This document shows positions 41,076 to 50,923 of a stretch of DNA of 64,000 nucleotides, one piece after another. Source of the stretch: Candidatus Marinacidobacterales bacterium (GTDB taxonomy: Bacteria > Acidobacteriota > Vicinamibacteria > Marinacidobacterales > DATDRI01); NCBI GenBank assembly GCA_965219415.1, contig CBDCNP010000002.1:32001-96000 (forward strand), in the 5' to 3' direction. A program made the translations under genes and the position numbers. Each line of letters starts with the position of its first letter. The stretch's first letter is position 1. The notes beneath the pieces were generated by a model, which saw nothing but the letters and a program-made list of their open reading frames with translations, made no database searches and was not told where the DNA came from.

Positions 41076-42359
41076 TATTGCGACTCCGGTTCTGTCTTCC
41101 CTCGAGCTGACCGGTGGTTCTTGTAGACCCGTCCGCCCTTCATGACGAAGACGACGTTCTCGACGTTCGTGATGTCCTCGACGTTCGTGATGTCCTCGAT
41201 GGGGCTACCCGCGGTGGCGATGATGTCGGCTTCCATTCCGGGTGCCAGGGTACCGATCTGATTCTCTAGGCCGAGAGACTCGGCCTAGCGGGAGGTCGCA
41301 CTGATGATGGCCTCCATCGGGTCTTGACCGCCGTCCCGAACCCGATACACGAACTCTCCATGGTTTTTTTCGTGAAGTCCGCCTAGAGCGTCGCTGCCGA
41401 ATACGATTTTGACGCGCTTCGCGAGGGCGCGGCGAAACGTATCCAGTCCAATCGCCATACCCTTGTCCATAAATTCAAAACCCTCTTTGGTGTAGTTGTC
41501 AATGCCAACGAACTTCGGCTGATTCGTGAGGTAGTAGTCGAGGAGAAGAAACTGAGGGTCGTAGAACGTGCCGCGCTCCACCATCAGGTCGAGGACGTCG
41601 TCGGTGAGGGCGTTTCCGTGCTCGATCGTCGTGCAGCCCGCCAGCACCGCGGCCCGAGCGCCGGCCGCCCCTTGGGCGTGAACGACCGAACGTTTTCCTA
41701 AAGCCTTGGCCTCTTGGCAAGGCGGCTTGGATCTGCTCGTCCGTCATCGTCTGTTTGCCGCCGTCACGGATACTCGCGGTCGCGAAGAGCTTGACGACGT
41801 CCGCCCCCTCTGACACGGCATTCCGAACGAACTCACGGATCTCTTCGGGCGAACCGGTGCTCTTTCTGGCCATGCCGATGGTCAGGAGAAGACGCGGTCC
41901 GGGATTCCCCTCTGCGATCCAATCCCGGAGCTCGCGATCGAGAAGGGTTCGATCGGGTAAGGCTCCCAAGCTCTGGACGGTTGTGAAGCCCGCCATCAGA
42001 TGGGCGTAGGCGTTCGTCGCACCGTAGAGAACGTAGCGTGAAGGGGTTTCATCAATCTCCGATGTAAGACCATGAAATCGATCGTTCGGCTCCATGTAAG
42101 TGCCGATGTGAACGTGGGTGTCGATCCATCCCGGCATGACCGTCAGGTCGCCGAGGTCGTAGGTGACGCCCTCTGCAGCCTCTGAGCCGACGCTCAAGAT
42201 CTTGGAGCCCTCGAGCACGATAGTGACGTCGTGCAGGGTACCGCCCTTCCCGTCCAAGAGCGTCCCGGCGTTAATGACGATGCGTTGCGTCTGCACTCCG
42301 CGAGCGAGCTGCGGTAACAGGAGCGCAACCAAGAGCGGCAAAACGGATCGCCACATCAC
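41076..42359 (-). pseudogene. secreted amidohydrolase; frameshift near 41720 and in-frame TAG at 41285-41287
   Basis: PGWIDTHVH, IEHG, FGSD; the frame continues past the TAG as AESLG...GTLAPGMEADII...FVMKGG. Confidence 0.85.
41161..41196. repeat. 18-bp tandem duplication
   Basis: CGACGTTCGTGATGTCCT x2 (EDITNV twice on the minus strand). Confidence 0.9.
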
Positions 42360-42630
42360 GCTTTCACCTCCGGCTTCGTCAGGGACAGCAAACGAAAGCT
42401 CGCGACAAACACGACTGCCACGCAGACCGCGGAGACCAAGAACGTTCTGCTTTGCAAGGCCTCATATAAGATGCCACCAAGGAGCAGCCCGACAATGCTC
42501 GCGGCGCTTCCGACGCTACTTGCGAAACCCTGCACCGCCCCTTGATGTTTGTCGCCGGCGACTCGAGAGAGGATGGCAAGAAACGACGGCCACATAAGAC
42601 CATTGCCAAGAGAAAAGAGGCTCGCACCCA
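42356..42630 (-). pseudogene. 3' fragment of an MFS transporter
   Basis: QGAVQG...SAASIVGLLLGGILY (final TM helices) with no 5' part. Confidence 0.7.
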
Positions 42631-42846
42631 CGAGATCACGACGTCCGGCTCGGCTTTCCGCACCGCCTCCTCCAGTCCTGTCGTGTCATAGACGTCGCAC
42701 TCGACGGGGTCGGCGCCCAACGCGACGATCGCCTTAGCACGGTCCGGACTGCGGGTCATGGCGGTCACCGTGTGGCCCGCTTCGACTAGGCGCGGGACGA
42801 GCCGCCGGCCGATGACTCCCGTGGCACCCGCTACGAATACCCTCAT
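42631..42846 (-). pseudogene. 5' fragment of an NAD-dependent epimerase/dehydratase
   Basis: MRVFVAGATGVIG...AEPDVVI, then similarity ends. Confidence 0.8.
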
Positions 42847-42925
42847 TTGTCTTCTCCTACCTCGGCCCCATCATACCTATTCAATCGGGCATCCTGTGTC
42901 GTACCATTGGGGTCGGAGGGATACT

Positions 42926-43687
42926 GTGATTGGTTTGAAGAAGAGACTCGAGGCCAAGCGGTCGGTGATAGGGGCGCTTCTCGGTCTCAGATCCCCGGAC
43001 ACCGCGGAGCTAATGACTAACGCTGGGTTCGACTTTCTATTGGTGGATGCCGAACACTCGAGCATCGGCCCCGACGGCATCTTGGAAATGATCCGAGCCA
43101 TCGAACGGGGGCAAGCAATTCCTTTGGTTCGGGTATCCGAGACCACCGCGGCCAATGTGCAATGGGCCTTGGACGGCGGTGCCAAAGGGATTCTCTTCCC
43201 GCGTGTGCGCTCCGTCGAGGATGTGAAACACGCGGTATCGCTTTGCCGGTATCCTCCAGACGGTGTTCGCGGCCTTGGGCCGGGCCGAGCGAGCGGTTAC
43301 GGAACCAAGCTTCTTGACTACGCCGCCACCGCCAACGAAGAGATTGTCGTCATGATCCAGGTCGAGACTATGGAGGCGGTCGATTCGGTCGAGGCGATCG
43401 CCGCGGTTCCGGGAGTGGATCTGCTCTTCATCGGTCCAGGAGACCTCTCACAGGTCCTCGGAATCCCCGGGGAACTTCACCACCCCAAGATCCGGCAGAT
43501 CGGGAGTCGCGTCCTGTCGGCATGCGCGCGGGAAAAAGTACCCGCCGGAATCCTGGTACTGGACGAAAAAACCATGGCTTACTGGAAGGAACAGGGCGTG
43601 CAATTCTTTGCCATCGGTTCCGATGCCCTCTTTCTCGCCAAATCGTGCCGCGATACGTTGGAGACCTGGAATAGGCTTGGCGAATGA
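42926..43687 (+). CDS. HpcH/HpaI aldolase
   Basis: DAEHS, PLVRV, RYPPDGVRG, QVET, FIGPGDLS. Confidence 0.92.
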   Translation: MIGLKKRLEAKRSVIGALLGLRSPDTAELMTNAGFDFLLVDAEHSSIGPDGILEMIRAIERGQAIPLVRVSETTAANVQWALDGGAKGILFPRVRSVEDVKHAVSLCRYPPDGVRGLGPGRASGYGTKLLDYAATANEEIVVMIQVETMEAVDSVEAIAAVPGVDLLFIGPGDLSQVLGIPGELHHPKIRQIGSRVLSACAREKVPAGILVLDEKTMAYWKEQGVQFFAIGSDALFLAKSCRDTLETWNRLGE

Positions 43688-44637
43688 CGATGCAGGCAGT
43701 TATCACCGACGGTTTTCGAGAAACATCCATCGAAGAGCAAGTCCTCGCTCCGGCAGATATCCGAGTCGTCACCGCAGAAGGACGGCCGGAGGAGGAAGCG
43801 CTCGAGTTGATCCGAGAGGCCGACGCTCTCCTGGCCCTGGCGCGCCCCCTCTCGGGAAAGCTCATCTCCCAACTCACCCGCTGTCGGGTCATCGTTCGTT
43901 ACGGTGCCGGGATGGACTCGGTAGACGTTAAGGAAGCGCAGGCGCGGGACATCGTCGTCGCCTCGGTCCCAGACGCCGCGGTACAAGAAGTGGCCGCTCA
44001 CGCGCTGGCGCTGCTCATGCTATGCGCACGGAAGCTCTGGGCCTTCCGACGCGTGGAAAACTTCGCGCTAGACGATCACACTCCCGTACATCCTATACAG
44101 CGCTTGAACGAAACCACGCTCGGTCTCGTCGGCTTCGGGAGGATCGCGCAAGCCTTGGCTCGCATGTCCGGCGAGGTTTTCGGCCGGATCCGCGCGTACG
44201 ACCCGCTAGTTGCCTCGTGGGATCAAAGAAAGGATGTGGAGCGATCGGACTCTCTAGAAGACTTGCTCGAGAGCGCGGACTTTGTCTCCCTCCACGTGCC
44301 CCTTACAGAAACCACAAGACATTTGCTGGGGCGGTCCCGATTCCGCTTGTTGAAACCGGGCGTTTGTTTGGTGAACACCGCCCGAGGAGGTCTCATCGAC
44401 GAAGCGGCCCTGATCGAATCTCTGGAATCGGGCCATATTGCGGCCGCCGGTCTCGACGTCATGGAGGAGGAACCACCGCCGTCGGACCATCCTTTGCTGT
44501 CGTTTCCTCAGGTGTACTACACCCCTCACCTGGCCTGGTACTCGGAAGCTTCCCGGATAGAGCTCCGACGAAGGGTTGCCGAAGAAGCGCTCCGAGTGTT
44601 GACCGGCAAGCCCGCGCTCAACCCGGTGGTCATCTGA
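43684..44637 (+). CDS. D-2-hydroxyacid dehydrogenase (CtBP/SerA-like)
   Basis: GLVGFGRIA, VNTARG, GLDV, TPHLAW. Confidence 0.92.
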   Translation: MTMQAVITDGFRETSIEEQVLAPADIRVVTAEGRPEEEALELIREADALLALARPLSGKLISQLTRCRVIVRYGAGMDSVDVKEAQARDIVVASVPDAAVQEVAAHALALLMLCARKLWAFRRVENFALDDHTPVHPIQRLNETTLGLVGFGRIAQALARMSGEVFGRIRAYDPLVASWDQRKDVERSDSLEDLLESADFVSLHVPLTETTRHLLGRSRFRLLKPGVCLVNTARGGLIDEAALIESLESGHIAAAGLDVMEEEPPPSDHPLLSFPQVYYTPHLAWYSEASRIELRRRVAEEALRVLTGKPALNPVVI

Positions 44638-44648
44638 GGCGCTGCTAC

Positions 44649-45803
44649 TTAGCCGCCCCAGATCTTCTCGTAAACGCGAAGCCAGTTTCCTCCCAGAACC
44701 TTGTGAATCTCCTCGGTCGACCAGCCACGCTCGATGAAGCCCCGAGTCACGTTGGGAAGCTCGGTAATGTTCTCGAAACCCTTGACGAACAACCAAGGGG
44801 GCTCTCCCACCATCGTTTTCGGGATGGTGAAGCGGTCGACGTCTTCCTCCGTCTGGGGCTCCACTCGCCCGACGACGAAATCCGGACCCAGGCCGACGTG
44901 GTCCACGCCGACCAGCTTACGTACATAGTCGAATTGATCGAGATGCTGCTCCATCGTGGCGTGCGGGCTTCGCGGAATGTGAGCATCCTTGCGAGGACGA
45001 ACGTGATAGTCGCTAATCGCAGAGATCCCGATGACGCCTCCGGTTTTGGCGATCGCCTCCATGAGCGGGTCGTTTATGCATCGAATGTTATCCACGATGG
45101 CAGCGACGTTGGCATGACTGGATATGACCGGAACCCTCGGTGCCATCTCTATGGCTTCGAAGCTCGTTTTCTCACTGGCGTGCCCGCCAATGTCCAACAC
45201 CAAACCCAATTTGTGGATCTCTTCCACCAGCCGCCGACCGGCCTGCGTCAGACCGATCTCTGGATCGAGAACGCCTCCCCCAAAAATGTTGGACACTTGG
45301 TAGGAAATGCCAATGATGCGAATACCCAACTGATAGAAGGCACGAAGGGCGGTCGGAGGGGGCTCGCCCCGCGCCTCGGCCAACTCATTGGCCGACTGCC
45401 AAGCGAAGACTAACGCGATCTTGTCCTCCCGATCGGCCTGGCGTATTTCGGCCACTTTCGTGACCGGGACCATCTTGCTCGGGTGCTCGTCGAGAAAATT
45501 GTAAAGATCGGCGAACAGCTGAATGTCACCCAGACCGCCAGCACCTACGCTCTTGGCCTGGCAATTCACTCCTCCCGCCTTCAGCATCTCCAAATATTTC
45601 GGGCTGAGCTCGGACGGGTCGCAACCGTTGACCACCACCGTCGAGCGCTGCACTGCCCAAGGATCCCGCTCGGGAGAGCGATCCGCCAAATCCTGCTGGA
45701 AAAGTCCTGGCCCTTCTCGCTTCGCCGCCGTCCCCTTTCGCGTTGACCCGACTACTGCGGCACTCACCGCCGCTGCCGCACCAAGAAACTCTCTTCTCTT
45801 CAT
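44649..45803 (-). CDS. M19 membrane dipeptidase-like protein with Tat signal
   Basis: KRREFL; GLTxxG, SHAN, HVGLGPDF, GGNWLRV. Confidence 0.88.
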   Translation of the reverse strand: MKRREFLGAAAAVSAAVVGSTRKGTAAKREGPGLFQQDLADRSPERDPWAVQRSTVVVNGCDPSELSPKYLEMLKAGGVNCQAKSVGAGGLGDIQLFADLYNFLDEHPSKMVPVTKVAEIRQADREDKIALVFAWQSANELAEARGEPPPTALRAFYQLGIRIIGISYQVSNIFGGGVLDPEIGLTQAGRRLVEEIHKLGLVLDIGGHASEKTSFEAIEMAPRVPVISSHANVAAIVDNIRCINDPLMEAIAKTGGVIGISAISDYHVRPRKDAHIPRSPHATMEQHLDQFDYVRKLVGVDHVGLGPDFVVGRVEPQTEEDVDRFTIPKTMVGEPPWLFVKGFENITELPNVTRGFIERGWSTEEIHKVLGGNWLRVYEKIWGG

Positions 45804-45817
45804 CTGGCTCTCCTCTC

Positions 45818-46729
45818 TCACTCCGTCTCGGGTTCCTGCAAACTGTAGTAGACGGCGCGCACGAACCGTTCGATTCTCCCTTCCCACGGGCCATCGAAGG
45901 ACGCGGTCGGTTTCGAAGTCACCACGTCCTCGACACTCATCCCATCGTTGATCATCGTCTGAACCTTGTCTCGGACCGCGATGAGCATGTCGCGATAGGC
46001 ACGCAGATCATCCGAACTGGCAAGGGGCCCATGCCCAGGAATGATCTTGGTGTCGGAATCGGAGAGTGACAAGACGCGCTCGGCGGCGGCGATCATACCG
46101 TTCACATTGCCACCAAAGTCGACATCGATGAACGGATACATACCATTGAAGAAATTATCTCCCATATGGAAGACGCCGGCTTTGGCGAAGTAGATGATGG
46201 AATCTCCGTCGGTGTGAGCGTGACTCATATGAAAGATACGGATCTCCTCACCGTTCCAGTGAAAGGTCACAGCGTCGTTGAAAGTAATCCTGGGTAAGGC
46301 GTCGGCCGGAGCCGCTGGTGTCTCATCCTGGCGCAGGATCTCGCGGAATTGATCCACGCTCATCCGGCGCCGCACGTTGTCGTGCGCCACGATGAGGGTT
46401 CCGCGCTTTCCAAAGTTTTCGTTTCCACCGGTGTGATCGCCGTGGAAATGCGTATTGACGAGGAAACGCACGCCCTCCCCGGTGACGCTGTGAATCGCGG
46501 CTTCGATCCTGTCGGTGAGGGGGGCGAACTGGTCATCGACCAGGAAGGTGCCATCGGTGCCGGTCGAAAGACCGATATTGCCTCCCCGACCCACCAGCAT
46601 GTACAAACCATCCTGGATCGGGACGACCTCGATCTTGACGTCGGCGAACTCGTCCTGGGCGGCGGATTCCATCGGCAATGCCAGCATAGCGAGGGCCACA
46701 GTGACCAGAATCCATCGTTCGACTTTCAT
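45818..46729 (-). CDS. secreted MBL-fold metallohydrolase (cyclase-like)
   Basis: NTHFHGDHTGGN, AHTDGD, HMGD, IPGHG. Confidence 0.9.
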   Translation of the reverse strand: MKVERWILVTVALAMLALPMESAAQDEFADVKIEVVPIQDGLYMLVGRGGNIGLSTGTDGTFLVDDQFAPLTDRIEAAIHSVTGEGVRFLVNTHFHGDHTGGNENFGKRGTLIVAHDNVRRRMSVDQFREILRQDETPAAPADALPRITFNDAVTFHWNGEEIRIFHMSHAHTDGDSIIYFAKAGVFHMGDNFFNGMYPFIDVDFGGNVNGMIAAAERVLSLSDSDTKIIPGHGPLASSDDLRAYRDMLIAVRDKVQTMINDGMSVEDVVTSKPTASFDGPWEGRIERFVRAVYYSLQEPETE

Positions 46730-46819
46730 CTGAATCCCTCCAAGAGAACGTCGATAAGCCGGGCAACCATAACCCAGTGACGAACCTGAGGCAAAGCCGT
46801 TTGCGTTAGAATGTCGCGG

Positions 46820-47788
46820 ATGTTGAGGTTACGACCGGTCGGGCTCGACGACGCTCGCCGTGCCGCGGAACGCCTGAAACCCTTCCTCGTCCGCACCCCT
46901 CTGGTTCGCCTCAACGTGGATGACGCCCCAGCCGAGATCTACTTGAAGATGGAGAACCTTCAGCCCATCGGGTCTTTCAAGATTCGGCCGGCCGGAAACG
47001 CGATTCTCAGTCTCCCGCCGGCCCAGAGGCGCGAGGGCGTCTACACCGCGAGCTCGGGCAACATGGCGCAAGGGGTTGCCTTTGCGGCGAAAGAGCTCGG
47101 TATTCCAGCTAGCGTCTTGCTTCCTCGGGACGCCGCCTCGAACAAAGTCGAGGCGCTCAAGCGCCTCGGTGCCCGTATTCGCTTTTTGCCGGACGACGAA
47201 TGGTGGCCGGTCATCCACAATCACGGTCACCCCGATGAAAAACGCGTCTTCGTGCATCCCGTCGCCCACCAAGATGTTCTCGCGGGAGATAGCACGGTAG
47301 GCCTCGAGATCATCGAAGACCTGCCGGACGTGGATACGGTGTTGGTGCCCTTTGGGGGAGGGGGCCTGGCGTCAGGAATAGCTTCGGTATTGCGGACCTT
47401 GAAGCCCAGTGCCCGTGTGCTGGGATCCGAATCCGATCATTGCACTCCCCTATCTGCCTCTCTCAAGGCCGGCCGGCCCGTCGAGCTGCCTGTCGAGAGC
47501 AGCTTCGTCTCGGGAATAGGAATCGGCAAAGTGCTCGATGAAATGTGGCCCTTGGTGAGCGAGCTTGTTCAGGGTGCGGTCGTTGCTAGCGCCCGAGAGA
47601 TCGTGGATGCCGTAGCCCTCATGTCGGAAAGACACCGAATCGTTGTCGAGGGGGCCGGTGCGGCTCCCGTGGCGGCGGCGCTCGCGGGCCGAGCGGGAGG
47701 CGGTAAAGTTGTCTGCGTTCTGTCCGGCGGAAATCTCGATACGAAGTATTTAGTCGATATCCTCGAGGGCGGCATCCCCACGCTCTAG
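46820..47788 (+). CDS. PLP-dependent threonine/serine dehydratase family protein
   Basis: KMENLQPIGSFKIR, SSGN, PFGGGGL, SGGN; TAGAAT 7 nt before ATG 46820. Confidence 0.9.
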   Translation: MLRLRPVGLDDARRAAERLKPFLVRTPLVRLNVDDAPAEIYLKMENLQPIGSFKIRPAGNAILSLPPAQRREGVYTASSGNMAQGVAFAAKELGIPASVLLPRDAASNKVEALKRLGARIRFLPDDEWWPVIHNHGHPDEKRVFVHPVAHQDVLAGDSTVGLEIIEDLPDVDTVLVPFGGGGLASGIASVLRTLKPSARVLGSESDHCTPLSASLKAGRPVELPVESSFVSGIGIGKVLDEMWPLVSELVQGAVVASAREIVDAVALMSERHRIVVEGAGAAPVAAALAGRAGGGKVVCVLSGGNLDTKYLVDILEGGIPTL

Positions 47789-47845
47789 TGGACTGTATCG
47801 AGGTGGTACCAACTTCGTTGGTACAGCCTACTAGTGCCACGAATC

Positions 47846-49990
47846 TCAAGGAGGAAACTGCCGTACGTAGTGATCATAGGTAAGCTGTACCCGGGACACG
47901 TAGGCGACCACCTCCGAGCCCCGAACGTAACCGAACCTCGCGGTGCGGTTATAACGCGGCTGCTCCAAGAGAAGCATCGCTTTTTCCGTCTGACCGAACC
48001 ACCTATCGGCGTCCCGCCCCATCTGCGTCGCTAGACGACGAGCGTCCTTTACATGCCCCTCGCCCGCGTTGTACGCCGCCAATGCGAATCGAATTCGATG
48101 CTTCAGGGGAATTCTCTGGTCCGTCCTCGAAAGGAGCAGGGACATGTATCTAATACCGGCGTGGATGTTCGCATCGACCGTGCCGATGTCTTCAAACCCC
48201 AGCTCCTGCGCGGTTCGCGGCATCAACTGAAACAGGCCCTCCGCCCCTGCCCAACTACGGCTCCGAGGGTCGAAGCGACTTTCACGGAACGCCTGCGCCG
48301 CCATGAGGCGCCAATCCAAGTTGTATTGCTTGGAGTACTTCTTGATGAGATTGTCGTACGGTGTGAGCCTCCCGGTCTCAGAAGCGCGCCGCTCCTTCGC
48401 ACGGCGAATACCCGCGCTGTTGTGGAAGTATCGATTGAAGATGACGTTGTAGGCGAGCCCCCGGTATGACTCGGAAACGAAGCCATCCAGGAACGTCCGC
48501 AGCTTGGGGTTATTCTTCCGGGTTCCGAAGGCGATCTCTTTGGGGTGGGCCCCTTCTTCGGAGTCCGGCTCCGGCAAGGAAGGCAGGAATACGGCTGGCT
48601 GCACATCATCCCTATAAGCCAGCTCCGCGTCCAGGAGGTGGGAATCGGCGACGGTAAGAGGGATCGTTCCCTCACCGACTGCCGCCACCAAATCCTCGAT
48701 CTCCTGCTCCTCCGACGCCTCCACGATCGCGAAGGGGCCGATCAAATCCTGGAGCGCCTGGAGCGTCTGATAGTAACTAGTGGATCTCTGCACGTGAATC
48801 TCTCGCCCGACGAGGTCTTCGATGAAACGAAGGGGTTCTTCGGTATCGGCGGGCTCGACGATAACTTCATGCGGGTATAAGTAGGGCCGGGTGAAGGCGA
48901 TCTGTTCCTGGCGGTTAGGAGTAATCGTCATGCTCGCCGCAATGATGTCTCCGCGGCCTTCGAGAAGCCAGGGGATGAGGTCCGCGAATCGCGGGGGCAC
49001 CACCATCTCGAGTCGCACGCCCAAGTCACGAGCCGCCATCTCTGCGAGCTCGTAGTCGAAACCCATGAGTCGCCCGCGATAAAGAAAGTAATTGACACTA
49101 TTGTTGCGCGTGAGAACTCGAATGGACCCCCGGCGCTCTATGGCGTCCAGGTCGCCGGTACTGGCTTCCGTCGCGTGCTCGGTAACGAAGTGCCCGATCA
49201 CGAAACTATCGGCAGCTGCCAAGAGCTCCGGGTTTTCCTTGCGGACCGCCCATCCGACTTGTCTTCCTTCTGCGATGGGAAAGAGCCGCGCGACCTCGGT
49301 GTTGTAGCTTTCGATCTCTGCGAGCTGGTCGCTATCGACTGCCGTGAGGGGTCGGCGTCCCAGGCTCACGTCGTGAACGATGGATTCGGTGTCTCGCTCC
49401 TCTTCGACGTAGACGACCCGCAGGTTCAAATGTAGTTCTTCGTCGAGCTGACGAAGGGTCCGCGCGAAGGAAGAGCTCCGCCGCACGTGAACTTCCCGTC
49501 CAACCAGATCACCCACGCGCTGCGGCAAGTCGGGTTCGCCCTTACGCCCCACCAGCCACTCCGATACGGTGGCGGTTGGCCGCGAGAACGAAACCAGCTG
49601 AGCACGCTCCGGGGTCATCGTGAGCTGGGCAGCAACGAGATCGGCGTAACCCCGTAGCAGTAGATTGAGGAGCACCGAGCGGTCTTCGACTCGCACGACC
49701 TGCGTGCTAACCCCGAGCTCTGCCGCAAACGAAGCGGCCAGGTCTTCCGCTCCTACCGCCGTTGAACTACGGGGCAATTCCTCCGTGCTTAAAGCAGTCA
49801 CGAGAACACGAAGCGTTCCGCGTTCTCGTACACGCTCGATATCGCCGGTATCGACAAACAGCTCCGACGACTCCCTCGGAGAGCTGTGGATGAGAATTTC
49901 GGCGGGACCCTCGGAAGGCGCGCGACGCTCGCAGGCGAGGAATAGGGTGGTCGCGGCTAGCAGGGTCGCGGCCGGCGCACGCCACGACAT
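47846..49990 (-). CDS. MltF-like lytic transglycosylase lipoprotein with tandem SBP_bac_3 domains
   Basis: FLAC lipobox; two RGxxRVL SBP repeats; SLT motifs ES, GLFQLMP, AYNAG. Confidence 0.9.
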   Translation of the reverse strand: MSWRAPAATLLAATTLFLACERRAPSEGPAEILIHSSPRESSELFVDTGDIERVRERGTLRVLVTALSTEELPRSSTAVGAEDLAASFAAELGVSTQVVRVEDRSVLLNLLLRGYADLVAAQLTMTPERAQLVSFSRPTATVSEWLVGRKGEPDLPQRVGDLVGREVHVRRSSSFARTLRQLDEELHLNLRVVYVEEERDTESIVHDVSLGRRPLTAVDSDQLAEIESYNTEVARLFPIAEGRQVGWAVRKENPELLAAADSFVIGHFVTEHATEASTGDLDAIERRGSIRVLTRNNSVNYFLYRGRLMGFDYELAEMAARDLGVRLEMVVPPRFADLIPWLLEGRGDIIAASMTITPNRQEQIAFTRPYLYPHEVIVEPADTEEPLRFIEDLVGREIHVQRSTSYYQTLQALQDLIGPFAIVEASEEQEIEDLVAAVGEGTIPLTVADSHLLDAELAYRDDVQPAVFLPSLPEPDSEEGAHPKEIAFGTRKNNPKLRTFLDGFVSESYRGLAYNVIFNRYFHNSAGIRRAKERRASETGRLTPYDNLIKKYSKQYNLDWRLMAAQAFRESRFDPRSRSWAGAEGLFQLMPRTAQELGFEDIGTVDANIHAGIRYMSLLLSRTDQRIPLKHRIRFALAAYNAGEGHVKDARRLATQMGRDADRWFGQTEKAMLLLEQPRYNRTARFGYVRGSEVVAYVSRVQLTYDHYVRQFPP

Positions 49991-50190
49991 GGCGGCATTA
50001 TCCGGCCCCCCCCGCGGACAAGCAAATGCGCGGACGGGACTAGGTGAGACCGCCGTTACTTTCGGTAGCACCCCTGTTGAAGACTCGGATGACGTGATCA
50101 CAGTCCGTCCCAGAGCAACATGAGAGCCCAGGGATGGCTGCGGCTGGAAATTTCGTCACATGGGAAAGAGCTGATTGAGGGGAAGTAGGT

Positions 50191-50228
50191 TTGACAGATA
50201 TATGGTTAGACGATATGCTTATACGCAT
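50191..50228 (+). promoter_or_regulatory. sigma-70 promoter/operator of vapBC (leaderless)
   Basis: TTGACA-17 bp-TATGCT, ATG 7 nt downstream; ATGC-N6-GCAT inverted repeat overlapping the -10 and start. Confidence 0.65.
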
Positions 50229-50469
50229 GAGGACGACGCTCAACCTCGACGATGCCATCGTGCGCGCAGTGAAACGAGAGGCGTTCAGGTCCGGACGGAC
50301 CATGACCGAGGTCATTGAAAGCTCCTTGCGAGAGACGTTGCTGCAACGCAAGGCCACGCCGAGAAAGCGGTTCCAGTTGGGGATGGTGACCGTCAACGGG
50401 TCGGTGAACCCCGGGGTTGACCTCACCGACCGCGATAACTTGATCGACGTGATGGAAGGCCGTAGTTGA
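50227..50469 (+). CDS. vapB: VapB-type RHH antitoxin
   Basis: MRTTLNLDD...GRTMTEVIE; overlaps the vapC start. Confidence 0.88.
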   Translation: MRTTLNLDDAIVRAVKREAFRSGRTMTEVIESSLRETLLQRKATPRKRFQLGMVTVNGSVNPGVDLTDRDNLIDVMEGRS

Positions 50470-50897
50470 TCGCGGTCGACACCAACATCCTGGTGTACGC
50501 CCACCGCGAGGGCCTCGACCTCCATGGGGCAGCACTCGAACGATTGTCTACGATCGCGGAAGGGCTAGAGCCTTGGGGTCTACCGGTTTTCTGTACCGGC
50601 GAGTTCGTTCGCGTGGTGACCCATTCGAAAATATTCACTCCACCTTCAACACTCGATCAAGCGCTGTCGGCGCTGAACGCAGTTCTCCGAAGCCCGTCCT
50701 TGCGTCTACTCTCCCCAGGCGAGCGTTATCTCGATCTGTTCGAAGATTGTGTCCGAGAGGCAGATGCGAGAGGAAACCTCGCTTTCGACGCTCAGATCGC
50801 CGCGGTCTGCCTGGAGCACGGGGCGAAGCACCTTCTGACGGTCGACCGGGACTTCAGCCGTTTCTCTGGGATTCAAGCACTCTCGATTACTTCGTGA
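50466..50897 (+). CDS. vapC: VapC PIN-domain ribonuclease toxin
   Basis: IAVDTNILVYAH, EFVRVVTH, GNLAFDAQIAA, DRDFSRF. Confidence 0.93.
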   Translation: MIAVDTNILVYAHREGLDLHGAALERLSTIAEGLEPWGLPVFCTGEFVRVVTHSKIFTPPSTLDQALSALNAVLRSPSLRLLSPGERYLDLFEDCVREADARGNLAFDAQIAAVCLEHGAKHLLTVDRDFSRFSGIQALSITS

Positions 50898-50923
50898 AGG
50901 GTTCGCGCACCGCGGCCGACACG

